Positions 40,701-52,253 of a stretch of DNA of 64,000 nt are shown one piece after another. The stretch covers positions 224,001 through 288,000 of the forward strand of contig CAVOKF010000003.1 of assembly GCA_963696385.1 (NCBI GenBank). Reading direction: 5' to 3'. This DNA is from an uncultured delta proteobacterium (GTDB lineage: Bacteria; Myxococcota_A; Polyangia; Polyangiales; Polyangiaceae). Position numbers and translations under genes: made by a program. Position 1 is the stretch's first letter, and each line of letters starts with the position of its first letter. The notes below the pieces were generated by a model. The model ran no database searches, had not been told where the DNA came from, and saw only the letters and a program-made list of their open reading frames with translations.

Positions 40701-42569
40701 GCGCGCGCCTCGGCAGAACTCGGGGCTCTTTGCCATGAGGCGCGTCGAGGGGCCGCGTTCTGGGAGGCGGCGGCGCTCACCTTCATCGACCTCGGCGACG
40801 ACGCAAACGCCGACCGGGCGCTGGCCGCGAGCTTTGAACGCGACCCCACACGACCGGTTGCGTTCGACAAGCTCTTTAGGCGGGCACGTGCCCGCAAGGA
40901 CAACGCGACGCTGCTCACCATTATCTCGCGGCGAATGGACGTCACCGACGATGCCGACGAGCTTCAAAAGCTCTCCTGGGAGCAGGCCCGCGTCTTGCGC
41001 GAAAATGGCGACTTCGACGGTGCGCTCAAGGCGCTCGAACAGGTGACGATTCTCGAACCGGATCATGTTGGTGCACTCGCGCTCCTCGGAGAGATCAATA
41101 TTCGGAGAGGACGGTTCGAAGACGCCGCATCCGCCTTGGCGCGACTCGCCGCCCTCGACGGCGCGCCCCCGAAGAATCGCGTAACCGCCGCGGTCGCCGC
41201 TGCGGACCTTTATGAAAACAAGCTGGACCGTGCGGACGCAGCGCTCGATGTGCTGCTCACGGTCCGCCGGGCCAAACTGTCGACTGCCCCCGTTCGCGAG
41301 CGACTTGCGCGCGTCGCAGCCCGCACCGGAGCATGGCAAGTCGCGACGGCGACGCTCGAAGAGTTAATGAAGGAACGTTCGGATCGTGCAGGACGCATCG
41401 AGGCCGCTCGTCTTTCGATTGCGATATACCGCGACCGCCTCGGCGACATCCAGGGCGCCGCTGGTGCGGTCGCGACACTTCTCGCCGAGGCGCCGGATGA
41501 CGGCGAGGCGATCGATCTGCTCCTGCGGCTGGACCCTCCGCCCGACGGGAAGCGCCCACTTTTGGATGCGGCCCGCGTCGCACTGGTCACGAACCTTCAA
41601 TCGCACGCGATCGACACCGCGGTCGTGCGCCGTTTGGCCGACGTGGCACGCGCCCTCGACGACCGCGCTCTCCGCCAGGCCGCCTTCGGAGCGCTGTCGG
41701 CGCTCGGCGAGAGCCGTGCCGACGCAGACCCGATCTTCGCCCACGATGCTCGGAGCAGGGCACGCGTTCCGCAAGTCACGATCCCGGATGCGATGATGCG
41801 AGCCCTTCTCGCGCCCGGAGACGAGGGTCCCGTCGCGGAGCTCTTCGTCGTCTTGGGTCCGACGATCGCCGAGGCGCTCGGACCGAACGGACACGTGTGC
41901 GGCGTGGGCCGGCGGGATAAGGTCGATGCGCGCAGCGGCCTATCCTTGCGAAACGAGATCGCGGCGTGGGCCGGCGCGTTCGGGATCGAACAATTCGATC
42001 TTTACGTCGGCGGAAAGGACCCCCTAGGCATCCAGGGCATTCCCGGTGTGCCCCCGGCCATGGTCGTCGGCCCCGACGTGAACTCGCCGCTTTCGCCTCT
42101 AGCCCGGGCTCGGGTGGCCCGCGAGCTCTTCGCCATCGTGCGTGGCACCACGATCGTGCGCTGTCGCGATGACGTGGCGATCGCCGCCATCGTCGTGGCG
42201 GCGTGCACGATCGCGAACCTCCACGTCGACCACCCGCCGTACGCCGTCCTCGCTGAGTTCGAGAAGCTGCTCGGGAAGGCGATCTCTCGGAGGACGCGCA
42301 AACTCTTGCCCAACCTATGCGCTGCCCTCGTCGCCACCCACGCGGACGCGCGCGCGTGGAGCCATCGTGCTCTCGCGTCGCAAGACCGCATCGCAGCCGT
42401 CGCGAGCGGCGACCCCGTCGTGACTCTCATGGACGTCCTCGGAGTCCCGATGGATCGGCTTGGACGAACCGTACAGGGCAACGCACGGGCGGAAGAGCTC
42501 CTGCGGTTCGTACTTTCGCCGACTTACGTGGACGTGCGGCGCTCGCTCGGACTCGAGGAAACCGCATGA
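37728..42569 (+). CDS. Giant TPR protein (1613 aa) with C-terminal degenerate M48-like domain
   Basis: Ala/Leu/Arg-rich helical repeats (ALEQVTILEPDHVGALALLG). Stop overlaps the next start (ATGA). Confidence 0.85.
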   Translation: MSHSPTISPPPAASTPTQPSQPLSPSDETLRRLRAEIDATADAARRARLLSEIAELEESDGDDAAAARDYLAAHEVDPSFRESLEGIARLLDKRSGLKGLGVHFFESLLEAAATPEERVRALLMQAAYMADVAGDIAAATNSARRAAAIHEAPAAEQARAWLELELLAGRSDDSATREQALAERTRFADDRTWRALLLIDRARMASQSGQTQAALRLLEEARGLEGGGTWAATMALESVSRIRPGSADTMQAPAPADLQARSLEALADLIDTAIHDGDRGDALGVPRWAREAGRAADAWLRSAEMRRTARQLDAVAAALDRAVLAVGRMQGDDKRMAQVVVAQARIRLAEQTGNTELAADLAARRLETETDGPTAAALALRVAEWASTRGHAEDAIEALSQALASDPGCLPARALQLDMLADGNQPSAFSSRLEEFADQLATDSARVRAFILAAFVWAVRASDAGAARAALTQAAMFGANAAVTARVARVLASVAGDTAWYEEATKRLLTSEHPDKESISLCTELIRIRSARGDAAAVARAMGELVEIPGGAWLAWILEAFPAPSSAASPGRDDRDARARSAMASLAAIDEVDFDRSRTLSVVAAMRAHAIGDLAAAREALRRLVERYPEDAILATYLGDLDRSAGDPSAAASVASTAAEAVADRQLGAAFHIEAAFEHWRAGQRKRAIDELEAAIGDAPEASKTAIGWAIWGVDPESLDARRLAIRRAEEVGGDPRVLALERFATAVASGEADVASAALSFLDAAPSPLNLAAAIGRITGSSVALPTDEVDALARIASSGPGGLQLAAAERTVIARRSDDPEAIAQAARGWFEAGGGLPAALDWLGAAVRSGDSREEVQARIAVAESMSGDARESMLAGAALLQTHVDLSTPAALVAGGSASVRLANLELAPPGCDPRRRAAALEDLDGVLGDEAELDAIALAAWSRLASSDPVGARGAFERVLAKRPHDLAAWDGLRACAETSGDLALRARASAELGALCHEARRGAAFWEAAALTFIDLGDDANADRALAASFERDPTRPVAFDKLFRRARARKDNATLLTIISRRMDVTDDADELQKLSWEQARVLRENGDFDGALKALEQVTILEPDHVGALALLGEINIRRGRFEDAASALARLAALDGAPPKNRVTAAVAAADLYENKLDRADAALDVLLTVRRAKLSTAPVRERLARVAARTGAWQVATATLEELMKERSDRAGRIEAARLSIAIYRDRLGDIQGAAGAVATLLAEAPDDGEAIDLLLRLDPPPDGKRPLLDAARVALVTNLQSHAIDTAVVRRLADVARALDDRALRQAAFGALSALGESRADADPIFAHDARSRARVPQVTIPDAMMRALLAPGDEGPVAELFVVLGPTIAEALGPNGHVCGVGRRDKVDARSGLSLRNEIAAWAGAFGIEQFDLYVGGKDPLGIQGIPGVPPAMVVGPDVNSPLSPLARARVARELFAIVRGTTIVRCRDDVAIAAIVVAACTIANLHVDHPPYAVLAEFEKLLGKAISRRTRKLLPNLCAALVATHADARAWSHRALASQDRIAAVASGDPVVTLMDVLGVPMDRLGRTVQGNARAEELLRFVLSPTYVDVRRSLGLEETA

Positions 42570-45500
42570 CCGACGACAAGAAGGCCGACGAGATTGAAGA
42601 TTTCGACTGGGACGAGGCTCTCGCCGAGTGGGAGGAAAAGTCGTTCACGCCGGAGGTCGCACGTGACATCGTGACCGACAAGCCTGCAGCGCTCGCAGGC
42701 AGTCCGCCGCCGCGTCCCCTCTATCGACCACCCAGCTCACCGGCCGCGGCGCACCCGACGGCCGCGTCACTACCCGTTTCGGTCGTGCCGCTCGCCATCG
42801 ACACCGACGAGGACGATGGGGGCGCGACCATCATCGCCGCCGTCCCGGAGGAATTGCTACGACGCTATCGGCCCGGCGGAGCGACATCGTCGCACGGGGG
42901 GCTCGGCCAGATGTTCGCGCGCGACCCGCTCGGCGAAGCTCCGCCATCGAAATCGAGTGGAGATCGGGCGGAGAGCAATCCGCCAGACGTCGTAACGAGC
43001 GCGCGATCGGTCCCATCCCGCGAGGAGCATTCGCCGCTCGAGCCTTTGCGTCGGGCCCTCCGGGTCGACGCCTCGGAAGGCGTCCCGGACGGTGCGATGT
43101 TCAACCCATTCGCGGAGGGCTTCGTCGCGCCTGCGACGCACGAGGCAACGACCGAACCGCCTTCCGGGTCCACGGTCGAGGGCCCTCGAACGGCTCCCCC
43201 GGCGGCGGAGATTACGCTCCCCGCCTCCGACTCGAGTGAGGAGAGCACGGTCGCTCGCCGGCCCACCCTCCGGGGCCCTTCCCTGCACTTTCCCGAGGCA
43301 CCGGGCAAGCCCATCGTGTCGACCGCCGGCGATCGGTTGGCAGCCTCATGGCCGGACGAGCGTCCCGGCGATGCCTGGCTGGATGACGACGCTCGGAGGT
43401 CGCACGAAGACAGAGCGGCCTGGATTGAGGAGGAGGCCCGCGCGCTCGACGACACGATCGACCGCGCGCGAGGGTTGCTCGTGTGCAGTGAACTGCTTGC
43501 GACGCTGGGCGACCGAGGGCGGGCCCAGGCGCTCGCCGCGGAGGCCCGAGAGTTGGCGCCGTCGGTCGCCCTCGCGCACCGTCAAGCACGCGCTCTCATG
43601 CCCTGGCCGCCCGACCCGGATGACTACCTCGACGCGCTCGACGGAGAGATGCACAACGCCCCGCCCGGCCCACCGCGCTTGCATTCGGCGCTCCTCGCCG
43701 CCGAGGCCCTTCGAGCGCGCGGAGACCGCGAAGGCGCGAACGCACGCCTCGAACAGGCCGCCGGGATACAGGCCGGAATACAGGGCGACGACGTCCGCGC
43801 TGCGGTGCTTCGTGCGGCGATCGCTCTGGCCCACGATGAGTACCCGAGCGCGGCGCTTCGGTTGCAAGATTCGGCGGCGCTTACCTCGCTCGCAGACGCC
43901 ATCGCCCAATGCCTGCGTCTGCGCGGAATCGACGCGCGACAGTCCGGAGACCTCGAGCCGTCTGCGATCGATACGGTACTGCGCGCGCGACACGCGATTG
44001 GCCAGGGCGATCTCGCCACCGCGGCGTCGACCCTTGCCGAGCTCGTGCGCATCCCCGAGCTGGCTTGCGGGGCCCGCTGGCTTGCGGCGGCACTTGCATC
44101 GACAACGGGCGCGACCAGGCGCCTCGCAATCCGCTTGCTCGGCGAACTTGTCGAAGGCGGGGACGCCGCAGCGCACGTGCCCTACGTCGCACGTGCCCTC
44201 GAACTCGGAGACCGGGACCTCCTCCTGGGCGCGGTGTTGAACGCATCCCCTCTCACGTCGGCGGACCGCGTCGTTCTGGCGACTCTCGCCCACGCGCCTC
44301 TGCCGGCCAGCGACGCGCGTTTCGATGCGACGGCGTCCACGCCGGGCATGCAACCGTTGGTCTCTGCCGCTTCTGCCGTCGCCCCGGTCAATCCCGCGCG
44401 CTACAGCCGCACCGCCGGTTCATCCCAATCGCGGGTTGAAATCGAGCTCGGGCGCCGGCTCGCCGCCGGTGCCCCAAACGCCGAGATCGAGACGGTGTGC
44501 TCGGCTCTTCCCAACGACGGTCCTACTGCGCGCGGCATTGCTCTCGAGCTTTGGGCGCGCACCGGTCGAGCCGCCGACATCAGTCGCTTCGTCGAGTCGT
44601 GGGGTTCGGCGAGGTTCGCGGCCGACTCTGGGGCCATCGGCCATCTCGCCGCAGCGCTGCTCGCAGAGCGTGCCGGCGCCCGTGAGCGAGCCGCCGAGGC
44701 GTTCAAGTCGGCCCGCGCTGCCGACCCTACGTGCGAGGCCGCCTTTCGCGCGTTGGCCTCCATGGAGGCGCTGGATCAGGCGTCGGAGTTGAACACGCTC
44801 GCCGATGAACTCGGCGATGGCCTGCGGTCAGCGCTCGCTCGCATCGAAGCCGTCGTTCGAAGTGGCGACTCGCTTCCGGATCCAACGCTTGCCCACTTGC
44901 TGGAGCTCGCATACCGCGCCGCGCCGACCCTTCCGATCGCGCCTTTTTTGGCGGAGCGGATTGCACGGCGCGCCGGGGATGCGGACGAGGTCCTGCGCTG
45001 GATACGTGAACGGCGATCGAGCAGTGACGACCCCATCGAAGGTGCGCTCGAGTCGGTGCGCGAGGCACTTTTGATCGCGGATCGCGATCCGGAGCTCGCG
45101 GAGGAACGCTTGCGCACCGCTCACCTCGTACGGCGCGGCGACGCCGCGTTGCGCGATCTGTTCGAGCGAATGGCGACGGATCCGCCCGAAGATTCCGCTC
45201 GGTGGCGCGAGGAGCGCGCAGCCAACACGACTGGCGACGTGCGCGTATTGCTTTCGATCGAAGCGGCTCACGAGTTCGAGCGACGCGGTGAAGACGATGC
45301 TGCACTTCGATGCGCAACCGTGGCCGCGGAAGGGCGCTCGTCGTTGGGTCGTGTGGCACGGGAACGCGCCGAGCTGCGCACCGGGCGTGTCGCGCTACTC
45401 GCGGACGCGCTTCTTACGGAGGCCAAGGACGCTCCGGATGGTCGGTCGCGTCGTGAGGCGTACGAACGGCTTGCCGTCCTCGATGCAACGGCACGGCACG

Positions 45501-47908
45501 ATGCGGCGAGCGCGCTACTCTGGCACCGTTCCGTGTTGGAGATCTTTCCGGAGTACCTACCCAGCCTCCGGCACGTGGAGCACCATCTGATTGGCGAAGG
45601 ACGTGCCGAGGAAATCGAGCCCGTCGCGGCCTCGATAGCGAGGGCGTTGCGGGGCGACGGCGCCGGCGAATGCACGGCGCACGCTGAGGTCGCAGCGCGA
45701 CTGCGGCTGCGCGCAGACGTCGATGGGATCGCATCCGCGCGCGAAATGATCGACCTCGCTGCCTCCGAGGCCGGGCCGTCTCTGTGGGCGCTTCGCGCGC
45801 AGCAAGCCCTCGCACGTGCCCAAGGCGACGACGTCGCGTTCCTGGACGCCACGAAACGCGTCGTGGCCCGAGCCTCGAAACCTTCCGAGATCGCGGCCTT
45901 GCTCGTGCGTGCCGGAGAGGCAGCCATTCGCCTCGACCGTTTGGACGAAGCTCGCTCGCTCGTCGAGCGCGCGAGCGCGCAGGATCCCGGAGACATCCTG
46001 GCGTGGAACCTGGTCGCCCAACTGCGCAACGGAGCGGGTGACGTTCGGGGCGCCGCGGAAGCCACGGAGGCTCTTGCACGCTGCAGCGCAGTGCCGGAGC
46101 ACCAGATCATGGCCTGGTACGACGCCGGACGACTCTGGATGGACCACGCTGGCGACGCGCAACGCGCCATGCATGCCCTCGAAACCGCCGGGGCCATCGA
46201 CCTCGCTCACGCCGATGTTTTCGATCGGCTGGCTGTCCTGTACACGGGGCGTGGAATGCACACCGAGCTCGCGGCGCTGCTTCAGCGAAGGCTCGAGCAG
46301 GTCACGGATCCCGAAGCACGCCTCGCTCTCGAGGTGCGCCGAGGTCGGGTCCTTCTGGAAGTCGGAGAGGTTGCAGGGGCGCGGCGTGCATTCGAGGCGG
46401 CCTTGCAAGAGCGTCCCGACGACCCGGGAGCGCTGTCGGCGTTCGCCGACATCTGCGCGTTGCACGGCGACTGGGAAGCAGCGGAGCAAGCCCTGGTGCG
46501 ACTGGCCCGTCTGCTCCCTTCGCCGCAGGAGCAACGGGCCGTCTACGAGCGGCTGGGCGATTTGTATTCGCATCGCCTCGTCAACTTGTCGCGCGCCGAG
46601 GTCGCTCTGAAGGAGGTCCTCAAGCGTGCGCCAGACGACGTGGAGACCGCGCGAAAGCTCGTGGAAGTCCATAAACGACAAAACGATCCCGCGCGGGCCA
46701 TCGAGGTGCAGCAAGATCTCGTCGTCCGAGCGACGTCTTCGGCAGACAAGCGGGATCGAGTTCTCGAACTCGCGGCGATTCACGAGCGATCGGCCCATGA
46801 TCTGCGGCGGGCCGAGAAGACGCTGGAAATGGCGCGACGCGATGCGCCACAAGACGTGGTGCTGCTTCGCGCTTTGGCCGAGTTCTACGTGCGGCACCAC
46901 CAGACTCCCGCGGTCCACATTCTGCTCGACCGCGCCGCGGCCGATGCGCGGCGCGCCCTCCTGTCGGGTCGTGTCGAGCGCGACCTGTTCGAGATTGTCG
47001 CCGCCGTGTTCGAACTACGAGGACAACCGCATCCCGCGCGGACCGCCCTTTCCATGGCCGCCTCCATCGAAGGCCAGCCCGTGGACATCCAGGGCGCGGG
47101 CGAGCGCGCGCTCGACCCGCAGTTCGACGATTCGTTCGCACCCGACGTGCTCTCCCCGGCGATCCGTTCGCTGCTCGCCAAGACGGGCGACGCGCTCGAT
47201 GCGGCCGCTCCGGTGGACCTGCGCCAGCTGAGAGCGTCGCCGCTCGCTCCAGACACCCCGCTGGTCAGGCTGGCGCTTCGCGCGGCCGCTCTGGCCGGCC
47301 TCGGCGGCCTGCAGGTCCTATCCTCGCCGAAGTTGGGCGCCGTGTGCATCCCCATAGGGCCATCTCCAACAATCGTCATCGGGGAAGCCCTGACGGGAAA
47401 CGAACGTGTCGGGGCATTTCTAGCGCTTCGCGCAATCAAACTCCTCCGAGCCAAGGCGTCGGCTCTAGCACGGTCGAGCGCCGCGGAGCTCGGTGTGCTC
47501 CTTCCGGCGTGGCTCAAGGCAATCAATCCGACGTGGGAGCCGCATGTGCGACCCACAGCCGCCATGAGCGCGACCACGGCCCTGATTCAAGCGGCGCTGC
47601 CACGCCACGCGGCGGCGGAGGTCGGAATTCTTGCGCTGGAGGCTGCGGCCGCGGTCGACGACCATCCGGGTGCCTTGGGGTTGGCGGCCGTGGCCTGGTC
47701 GAATCGGGTCGCCCTGCTCGCCGTCGGAGACCCGAGCGCGGCCTTCGATGCCATCGCGCTCATCAGTGGGATCGTCGAGGGCGCGCCGAGGGAAAGTCGA
47801 GAGCGCGGCACCTGGGTGTCACGCACGCTCGAGGCGCGAGACCTCGTTGCGTTCGCGGTAGGCGATTCATTTGCGCAAGCGCGATTCCGCCTCGGGCTGA
47901 ACGGCTAA
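42566..47908 (+). CDS. Giant TPR protein (~1780 aa) with acidic/Pro-rich N-terminus and C-terminal degenerate M48-like domain
   Basis: Start [15 protein letters not shown] at 42566. TPR repeats ([31 protein letters not shown]). Confidence 0.85.
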   Translation: MTDDKKADEIEDFDWDEALAEWEEKSFTPEVARDIVTDKPAALAGSPPPRPLYRPPSSPAAAHPTAASLPVSVVPLAIDTDEDDGGATIIAAVPEELLRRYRPGGATSSHGGLGQMFARDPLGEAPPSKSSGDRAESNPPDVVTSARSVPSREEHSPLEPLRRALRVDASEGVPDGAMFNPFAEGFVAPATHEATTEPPSGSTVEGPRTAPPAAEITLPASDSSEESTVARRPTLRGPSLHFPEAPGKPIVSTAGDRLAASWPDERPGDAWLDDDARRSHEDRAAWIEEEARALDDTIDRARGLLVCSELLATLGDRGRAQALAAEARELAPSVALAHRQARALMPWPPDPDDYLDALDGEMHNAPPGPPRLHSALLAAEALRARGDREGANARLEQAAGIQAGIQGDDVRAAVLRAAIALAHDEYPSAALRLQDSAALTSLADAIAQCLRLRGIDARQSGDLEPSAIDTVLRARHAIGQGDLATAASTLAELVRIPELACGARWLAAALASTTGATRRLAIRLLGELVEGGDAAAHVPYVARALELGDRDLLLGAVLNASPLTSADRVVLATLAHAPLPASDARFDATASTPGMQPLVSAASAVAPVNPARYSRTAGSSQSRVEIELGRRLAAGAPNAEIETVCSALPNDGPTARGIALELWARTGRAADISRFVESWGSARFAADSGAIGHLAAALLAERAGARERAAEAFKSARAADPTCEAAFRALASMEALDQASELNTLADELGDGLRSALARIEAVVRSGDSLPDPTLAHLLELAYRAAPTLPIAPFLAERIARRAGDADEVLRWIRERRSSSDDPIEGALESVREALLIADRDPELAEERLRTAHLVRRGDAALRDLFERMATDPPEDSARWREERAANTTGDVRVLLSIEAAHEFERRGEDDAALRCATVAAEGRSSLGRVARERAELRTGRVALLADALLTEAKDAPDGRSRREAYERLAVLDATARHDAASALLWHRSVLEIFPEYLPSLRHVEHHLIGEGRAEEIEPVAASIARALRGDGAGECTAHAEVAARLRLRADVDGIASAREMIDLAASEAGPSLWALRAQQALARAQGDDVAFLDATKRVVARASKPSEIAALLVRAGEAAIRLDRLDEARSLVERASAQDPGDILAWNLVAQLRNGAGDVRGAAEATEALARCSAVPEHQIMAWYDAGRLWMDHAGDAQRAMHALETAGAIDLAHADVFDRLAVLYTGRGMHTELAALLQRRLEQVTDPEARLALEVRRGRVLLEVGEVAGARRAFEAALQERPDDPGALSAFADICALHGDWEAAEQALVRLARLLPSPQEQRAVYERLGDLYSHRLVNLSRAEVALKEVLKRAPDDVETARKLVEVHKRQNDPARAIEVQQDLVVRATSSADKRDRVLELAAIHERSAHDLRRAEKTLEMARRDAPQDVVLLRALAEFYVRHHQTPAVHILLDRAAADARRALLSGRVERDLFEIVAAVFELRGQPHPARTALSMAASIEGQPVDIQGAGERALDPQFDDSFAPDVLSPAIRSLLAKTGDALDAAAPVDLRQLRASPLAPDTPLVRLALRAAALAGLGGLQVLSSPKLGAVCIPIGPSPTIVIGEALTGNERVGAFLALRAIKLLRAKASALARSSAAELGVLLPAWLKAINPTWEPHVRPTAAMSATTALIQAALPRHAAAEVGILALEAAAAVDDHPGALGLAAVAWSNRVALLAVGDPSAAFDAIALISGIVEGAPRESRERGTWVSRTLEARDLVAFAVGDSFAQARFRLGLNG

Positions 47909-47993
47909 GAGCCAGCCGGCGAGGCTGAGATTCATTTGCGCAAACGCGATTCCGCCTCGGGCTGAACGGCTAAGAGCCAGCCGGCGAGGCTGA
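47864..47993. repeat. 65-bp tandem duplication spanning the TPR gene 3' end
   Basis: 47864-47928 vs 47929-47993, one mismatch. Confidence 0.95.
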
Positions 47994-48038
47994 GTTGCTT
48001 GCGAAACACCAGGCGGGACGCTACCTGACGCTGCCCTC

Positions 48039-49910
48039 ATGAGCATTCCGCGCCCGCACGCCCTGCGCAACGTCGCCATCGTGGCCCACGTCGACCACGG
48101 CAAAACCACGCTCGTCGACCAGATGCTTTGGCAGGCTGGCACATTTCGCGTCAATGAAGTCGTCCAGGAGCGCGTGATGGACTCCAACGACCTGGAGCGC
48201 GAGCGGGGCATCACCATCCTTGCCAAGAACACGAGCGTTCGATGGAAGTCACCCGACGGATCGGTCACGAAGATCAATGTCATCGATACGCCGGGCCACG
48301 CCGACTTCGGCGGTGAGGTCGAACGTACGCTTCTCATGGCAGACGGCGCCATTCTTCTAGTGGATGCTGCCGAGGGGCCACTGCCACAGACCCGGTTCGT
48401 GCTCCGCAAGTGCTTGGAGCTCGGGTTTCCCGTCATCGTGGTCATCAATAAAATTGATCGATCCGATGCGCGCCCGGAGGCCGTTCACGAAGAGGTCTTC
48501 GACTTGTTTTGCAATCTCGACGCTTCCGAAGCCCAACTCGAATTTCCCGTTCTCTACGCGGTCGGACGGGATGGTGTCGCGAAACGCACTCTCGATGATC
48601 CATCGACCACGCTCGCGCCACTGTTCGACACCATCCTCGCCAACGTGCCGCCCGCACCGGGCGACCCCGACGGGCCGCTGCAGATCCTTGTGAGCAACGT
48701 CGACCACGACGATTACATCGGCCGTCTGGCCATCGGTCGAATCGTCTCGGGCTTCGTGCGAGCCAACCAGCTCGTGGGGGTGATCAAAGACGGCCGAACG
48801 CTCAAGTCGACCATCAAGGTCTTGTCGACGTTCGAGGGGCTCAAACGCGCGCCCGCGTTGGAGGCCGCTTCCGGAGAGATCGTCGCGATCGCCGGAATCG
48901 AAGACGTCGACGTAGGCGATTCGATCGTTGACTTGACTCCGGGATGGGAGGGCCGGGCGCTCGCGAGGATCCATGTTGAGCAGCCAACCATCAAGATGCG
49001 GCTGGGCGTCAACACCTCACCTTTCGCCGGAAAGAGCAAACAGACCAAGTTTCTGACCAGCCGGCACCTGCGCGAACGCCTTCTGCACGAGACCAAGAAG
49101 AACCTGGCGATTCGCGTGAGCGAGACGGAGTCGGCCGACACGTTCGTGGTGTTGGGCAGGGGCGAGCTGCAGCTCGCGATCCTCGTCGAAACGATGCGCC
49201 GCGAGGGCTATGAGCTTCAGCTCGGCAATCCCGAGGTCGTCACGCAAGTGGTCGACGGAATCCTGTGCGAACCCATGGAGTTGGTCGTCGTGGACGTTCC
49301 CGAGAACTTCATCGGAATTGTAACCGAGCGGCTCGGCGAGCGACGGGGACGGATGGTCAAGATGTCGAACCCGGGATACGGCCGCGCGCGGCTCGAGTAC
49401 CGCGTGCCCAGCCGCGGCATGATCGGATTCCGCGGCGAGATCCTGACGGCCACCAGGGGGACGGCTCTTCTCAACTCGATGTTCGACGGTTGGGAGCCGT
49501 GGGGCGGGGCGATGGTAAAGCGCGTCACCGGCGCGATTGTCGCTGACCGCGGGGGGGTGGCTACTCCATACGCGCTGCACCATTTGCAACCGCGCGGATC
49601 CTTTTTTGTGACCCCCGGAGTCGAGGTATACCAGGGCATGATTGTGGGTCAGCACAACCGGCCGAACGATACGGACGTGAACGTCATCAAGGAAAAGAAG
49701 CTGTCGAATGTGCGCGACCACGGCAAAGACGAAAACGTCCTGCTCGCGCCTCCGCGCGTCCTCACGATTGAGACGGCCATGGAATGGATCGATGCCGACG
49801 AGCTCGTCGAAGTGACTCCCGATGCCGTTCGCGTGCGCAAGGCCATTCTCGATACCTCGCGGCGCCCGCGCCGCAGCGAGGCGATCGAAGAGGCACAGAG
49901 CGTCGGCTGA
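48039..49910 (+). CDS. typA: Translational GTPase TypA/BipA
   Basis: [49 protein letters not shown]. Confidence 0.97.
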   Translation: MSIPRPHALRNVAIVAHVDHGKTTLVDQMLWQAGTFRVNEVVQERVMDSNDLERERGITILAKNTSVRWKSPDGSVTKINVIDTPGHADFGGEVERTLLMADGAILLVDAAEGPLPQTRFVLRKCLELGFPVIVVINKIDRSDARPEAVHEEVFDLFCNLDASEAQLEFPVLYAVGRDGVAKRTLDDPSTTLAPLFDTILANVPPAPGDPDGPLQILVSNVDHDDYIGRLAIGRIVSGFVRANQLVGVIKDGRTLKSTIKVLSTFEGLKRAPALEAASGEIVAIAGIEDVDVGDSIVDLTPGWEGRALARIHVEQPTIKMRLGVNTSPFAGKSKQTKFLTSRHLRERLLHETKKNLAIRVSETESADTFVVLGRGELQLAILVETMRREGYELQLGNPEVVTQVVDGILCEPMELVVVDVPENFIGIVTERLGERRGRMVKMSNPGYGRARLEYRVPSRGMIGFRGEILTATRGTALLNSMFDGWEPWGGAMVKRVTGAIVADRGGVATPYALHHLQPRGSFFVTPGVEVYQGMIVGQHNRPNDTDVNVIKEKKLSNVRDHGKDENVLLAPPRVLTIETAMEWIDADELVEVTPDAVRVRKAILDTSRRPRRSEAIEEAQSVG

Positions 49911-49919
49911 TCGCGTCCG

Positions 49920-50552
49920 ATGGTGCGCTGGGCGAAGGGCGCCGCACGGGTCGCGCTCGTCGGCGCCTGCGGGGCCGCACGTGCGGCAGCTGGCGCGGCA
50001 CCTTCCGAAGAGCTCGTGCTTCAAGCGCGTGCACACGAAGCCGCCCACGAGGAAGACCTCGCCTTACGCCGCTACACCGAGGCGATCGAGATCGATTCGA
50101 CGAACAGCGCCGCGTGGACAGGCCTCGGAGAGCTTCGTTTCAGACTCGGCGAGCCGGCGGAGGCCGAACGCGTCTTCACGGCTGCTCTCGAACGAGATCC
50201 GCTCCTTCATCGAGCTCTCGTGGGACGCGCGCGCGCTCGATGGGCTCTCGGTGCGCACGCCGCTGCCGAGATGGATCTCGAGGCCTATGCGAACGCTCGG
50301 CGCGACCCCAACGCATACCGCGAATTGGCCGCGTGGTTCGGCGTCGACGGGCGCACGCCCGCACAGCTTGCTACCTGGCGGCGGCTACTCGCGGCGGCGA
50401 CCCGAGAAGGAGACTCTGCCGCCATCGTCGAGGCGCGCCGGATGGTCCGATCGCTCGTCATTCTGGTCGATGGCGCGGATCCCGCGGCTTGCCCGCCGGA
50501 CTCGGATCCCACGCGGCGGGCCCTTGCCCGGATTGCACGGCGCGCGCCCTAG
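49920..50552 (+). CDS. TPR protein
   Basis: YTEAIEIDSTNSAAWTGLG; ALERDPLL. Confidence 0.75.
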   Translation: MVRWAKGAARVALVGACGAARAAAGAAPSEELVLQARAHEAAHEEDLALRRYTEAIEIDSTNSAAWTGLGELRFRLGEPAEAERVFTAALERDPLLHRALVGRARARWALGAHAAAEMDLEAYANARRDPNAYRELAAWFGVDGRTPAQLATWRRLLAAATREGDSAAIVEARRMVRSLVILVDGADPAACPPDSDPTRRALARIARRAP

Positions 50553-50616
50553 AGGCGTCGATTCGATGCCCTCGCAGGGGGCCCATGCCCACGCATCGCG
50601 AGGACCGCACGAAAGC

Positions 50617-52053
50617 TCACCGCGGCCGGATCGCAAAAGCGGCAAGGCCAAATCCGCCGGCCACCCAGACCACGCCACGGGAATCATCGCACGCGAGCGC
50701 AAGCGCCCGGCCGTCGGCCGGGTCGGACGGTTCTCGGAGGTTCTGCGTAGCCCCAATTCGAGCCACGATCGCGACAGCCCCTTTCACGTCGATCCGAACA
50801 AGCCCTGTCGTGTCGTCCGCCTCGGAATAGGTCGCGGCCAACAAAGTGCCTTCGTCGTCCACAAACGCAAGGGCCGTTACGGATCCATCCCACGTGAACG
50901 ATCGCCATCCACCATGGGTCCCGCGGCGCACGACGCCGGAGCGTCCGGAGTATGCAACATGCGCGGCCCGGGCGGCGAGCACCATGGGCTTCGACGCTTC
51001 TGGAACCGAAATCGACTCCCAAGCGAGCAAGCCCTCGACTCCCCCCCGGCCGAGCGCAATCGGGCGTCCGAGCGAGTCGACGACCATGGCGACGATTCCG
51101 GAAGCATCGTGACTCGCGATTGCCGCGACCGCGCCCGGCGCGGGACACCGCACGAAATCCCGGTCGGCGCGCTTCGAAACGAGAAGCTCACCCGATCGCG
51201 TGCGAAGCCAGAGAGCCCCCGACACGAGACGAACGTCGGCCACGCCGACGCCGCCCACCGGCGCCTCGAATCGCTCGCCGCCGTCCCGCGAGACGACAAG
51301 GCCTGCCGCAGGCGACACGGCCGCCACGGTCCACGCGTCCGCGGCAAGAGCGACCACCTCGGAAACCTGGGCCCTTTCGAGCCGGAGTGCATCGCGAGCT
51401 CCTTCGAGATCGACTCGAAACAGTTGGAGCTGATCGGTTTCGGCGCGCGCGGCGACAAGCGCCCCTCGTGATACACACGCCACGGCGGTGGCCGCAACGA
51501 GACCCAACGGCGCGCCGACCCGCTCCCATGGTTGCGCGGCCCACGGCAGCGACTCGTCTGCGGTCAGCGGCTCTTCGAGCAAACGCGAGTCGACGGACTC
51601 GTCCTCGTCTGCGTCGAGCGCGGGCAGGTCGGAATCACGAAGCTCTTCGTCGAGGTCCAAGGGGCCTTCGTCCCCCGCATCGAGGCCGCCAGACTCACCC
51701 TGATCGCTCAGCGCTGCGCCTTCGTCACCGACGTCGACGTCGTCCCCGTCGTGCTCGCCCGCGATGCGTTCGTCGTCCAGATCCATCAGGTCGGCAGCAC
51801 CGAGATCCACGTCGGTCGCGTCCAATGCTTCGTTGAGCCAGCTGGTCTCGCCTTCCTCGAGAACATCGAGCTCAATCGGGTCGGCCGGATCGCCTTCCGG
51901 GGTGCCGTCTTCGAGCGCGACGCCGTCGTTGCCCAAATCATCGAGCTCCGCTTCGGGCTCCGCTGCCTCGTCCATGTCGCCGTCGAGCGGCGGAAGTTCG
52001 CCGAGTTCATCGTCGCTATCGGGCAAGGGCGGCGTGTGGGGCATTGCGAGCAT
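50617..52053 (-). CDS. Hypothetical protein: acidic disordered N-terminus + probable beta-propeller
   Basis: About 170 Asp/Glu-rich residues, then beta-rich repeats with an Asp-box-like VSRDGGERF. Confidence 0.75.
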   Translation of the reverse strand: MLAMPHTPPLPDSDDELGELPPLDGDMDEAAEPEAELDDLGNDGVALEDGTPEGDPADPIELDVLEEGETSWLNEALDATDVDLGAADLMDLDDERIAGEHDGDDVDVGDEGAALSDQGESGGLDAGDEGPLDLDEELRDSDLPALDADEDESVDSRLLEEPLTADESLPWAAQPWERVGAPLGLVAATAVACVSRGALVAARAETDQLQLFRVDLEGARDALRLERAQVSEVVALAADAWTVAAVSPAAGLVVSRDGGERFEAPVGGVGVADVRLVSGALWLRTRSGELLVSKRADRDFVRCPAPGAVAAIASHDASGIVAMVVDSLGRPIALGRGGVEGLLAWESISVPEASKPMVLAARAAHVAYSGRSGVVRRGTHGGWRSFTWDGSVTALAFVDDEGTLLAATYSEADDTTGLVRIDVKGAVAIVARIGATQNLREPSDPADGRALALACDDSRGVVWVAGGFGLAAFAIRPR

Positions 52054-52253
52054 CTTCGCGTCCTACCGGCGGCCGCTAGCTTGTCAAACCAACCAGTCGT
52101 AGCTTTCCCCATGTCTTCGCTTGTCCCGCGGACGATCCGGAGCCCATTTTGCGCACATGGTAGGACCGAAATGCGTATGAGACGTTGGTGTGTCAGGCAA
52201 ACCAGTGGATCCGCCCACAAGATGGGCATCGAGGTCCGGGCCCCCCGGGAAAA

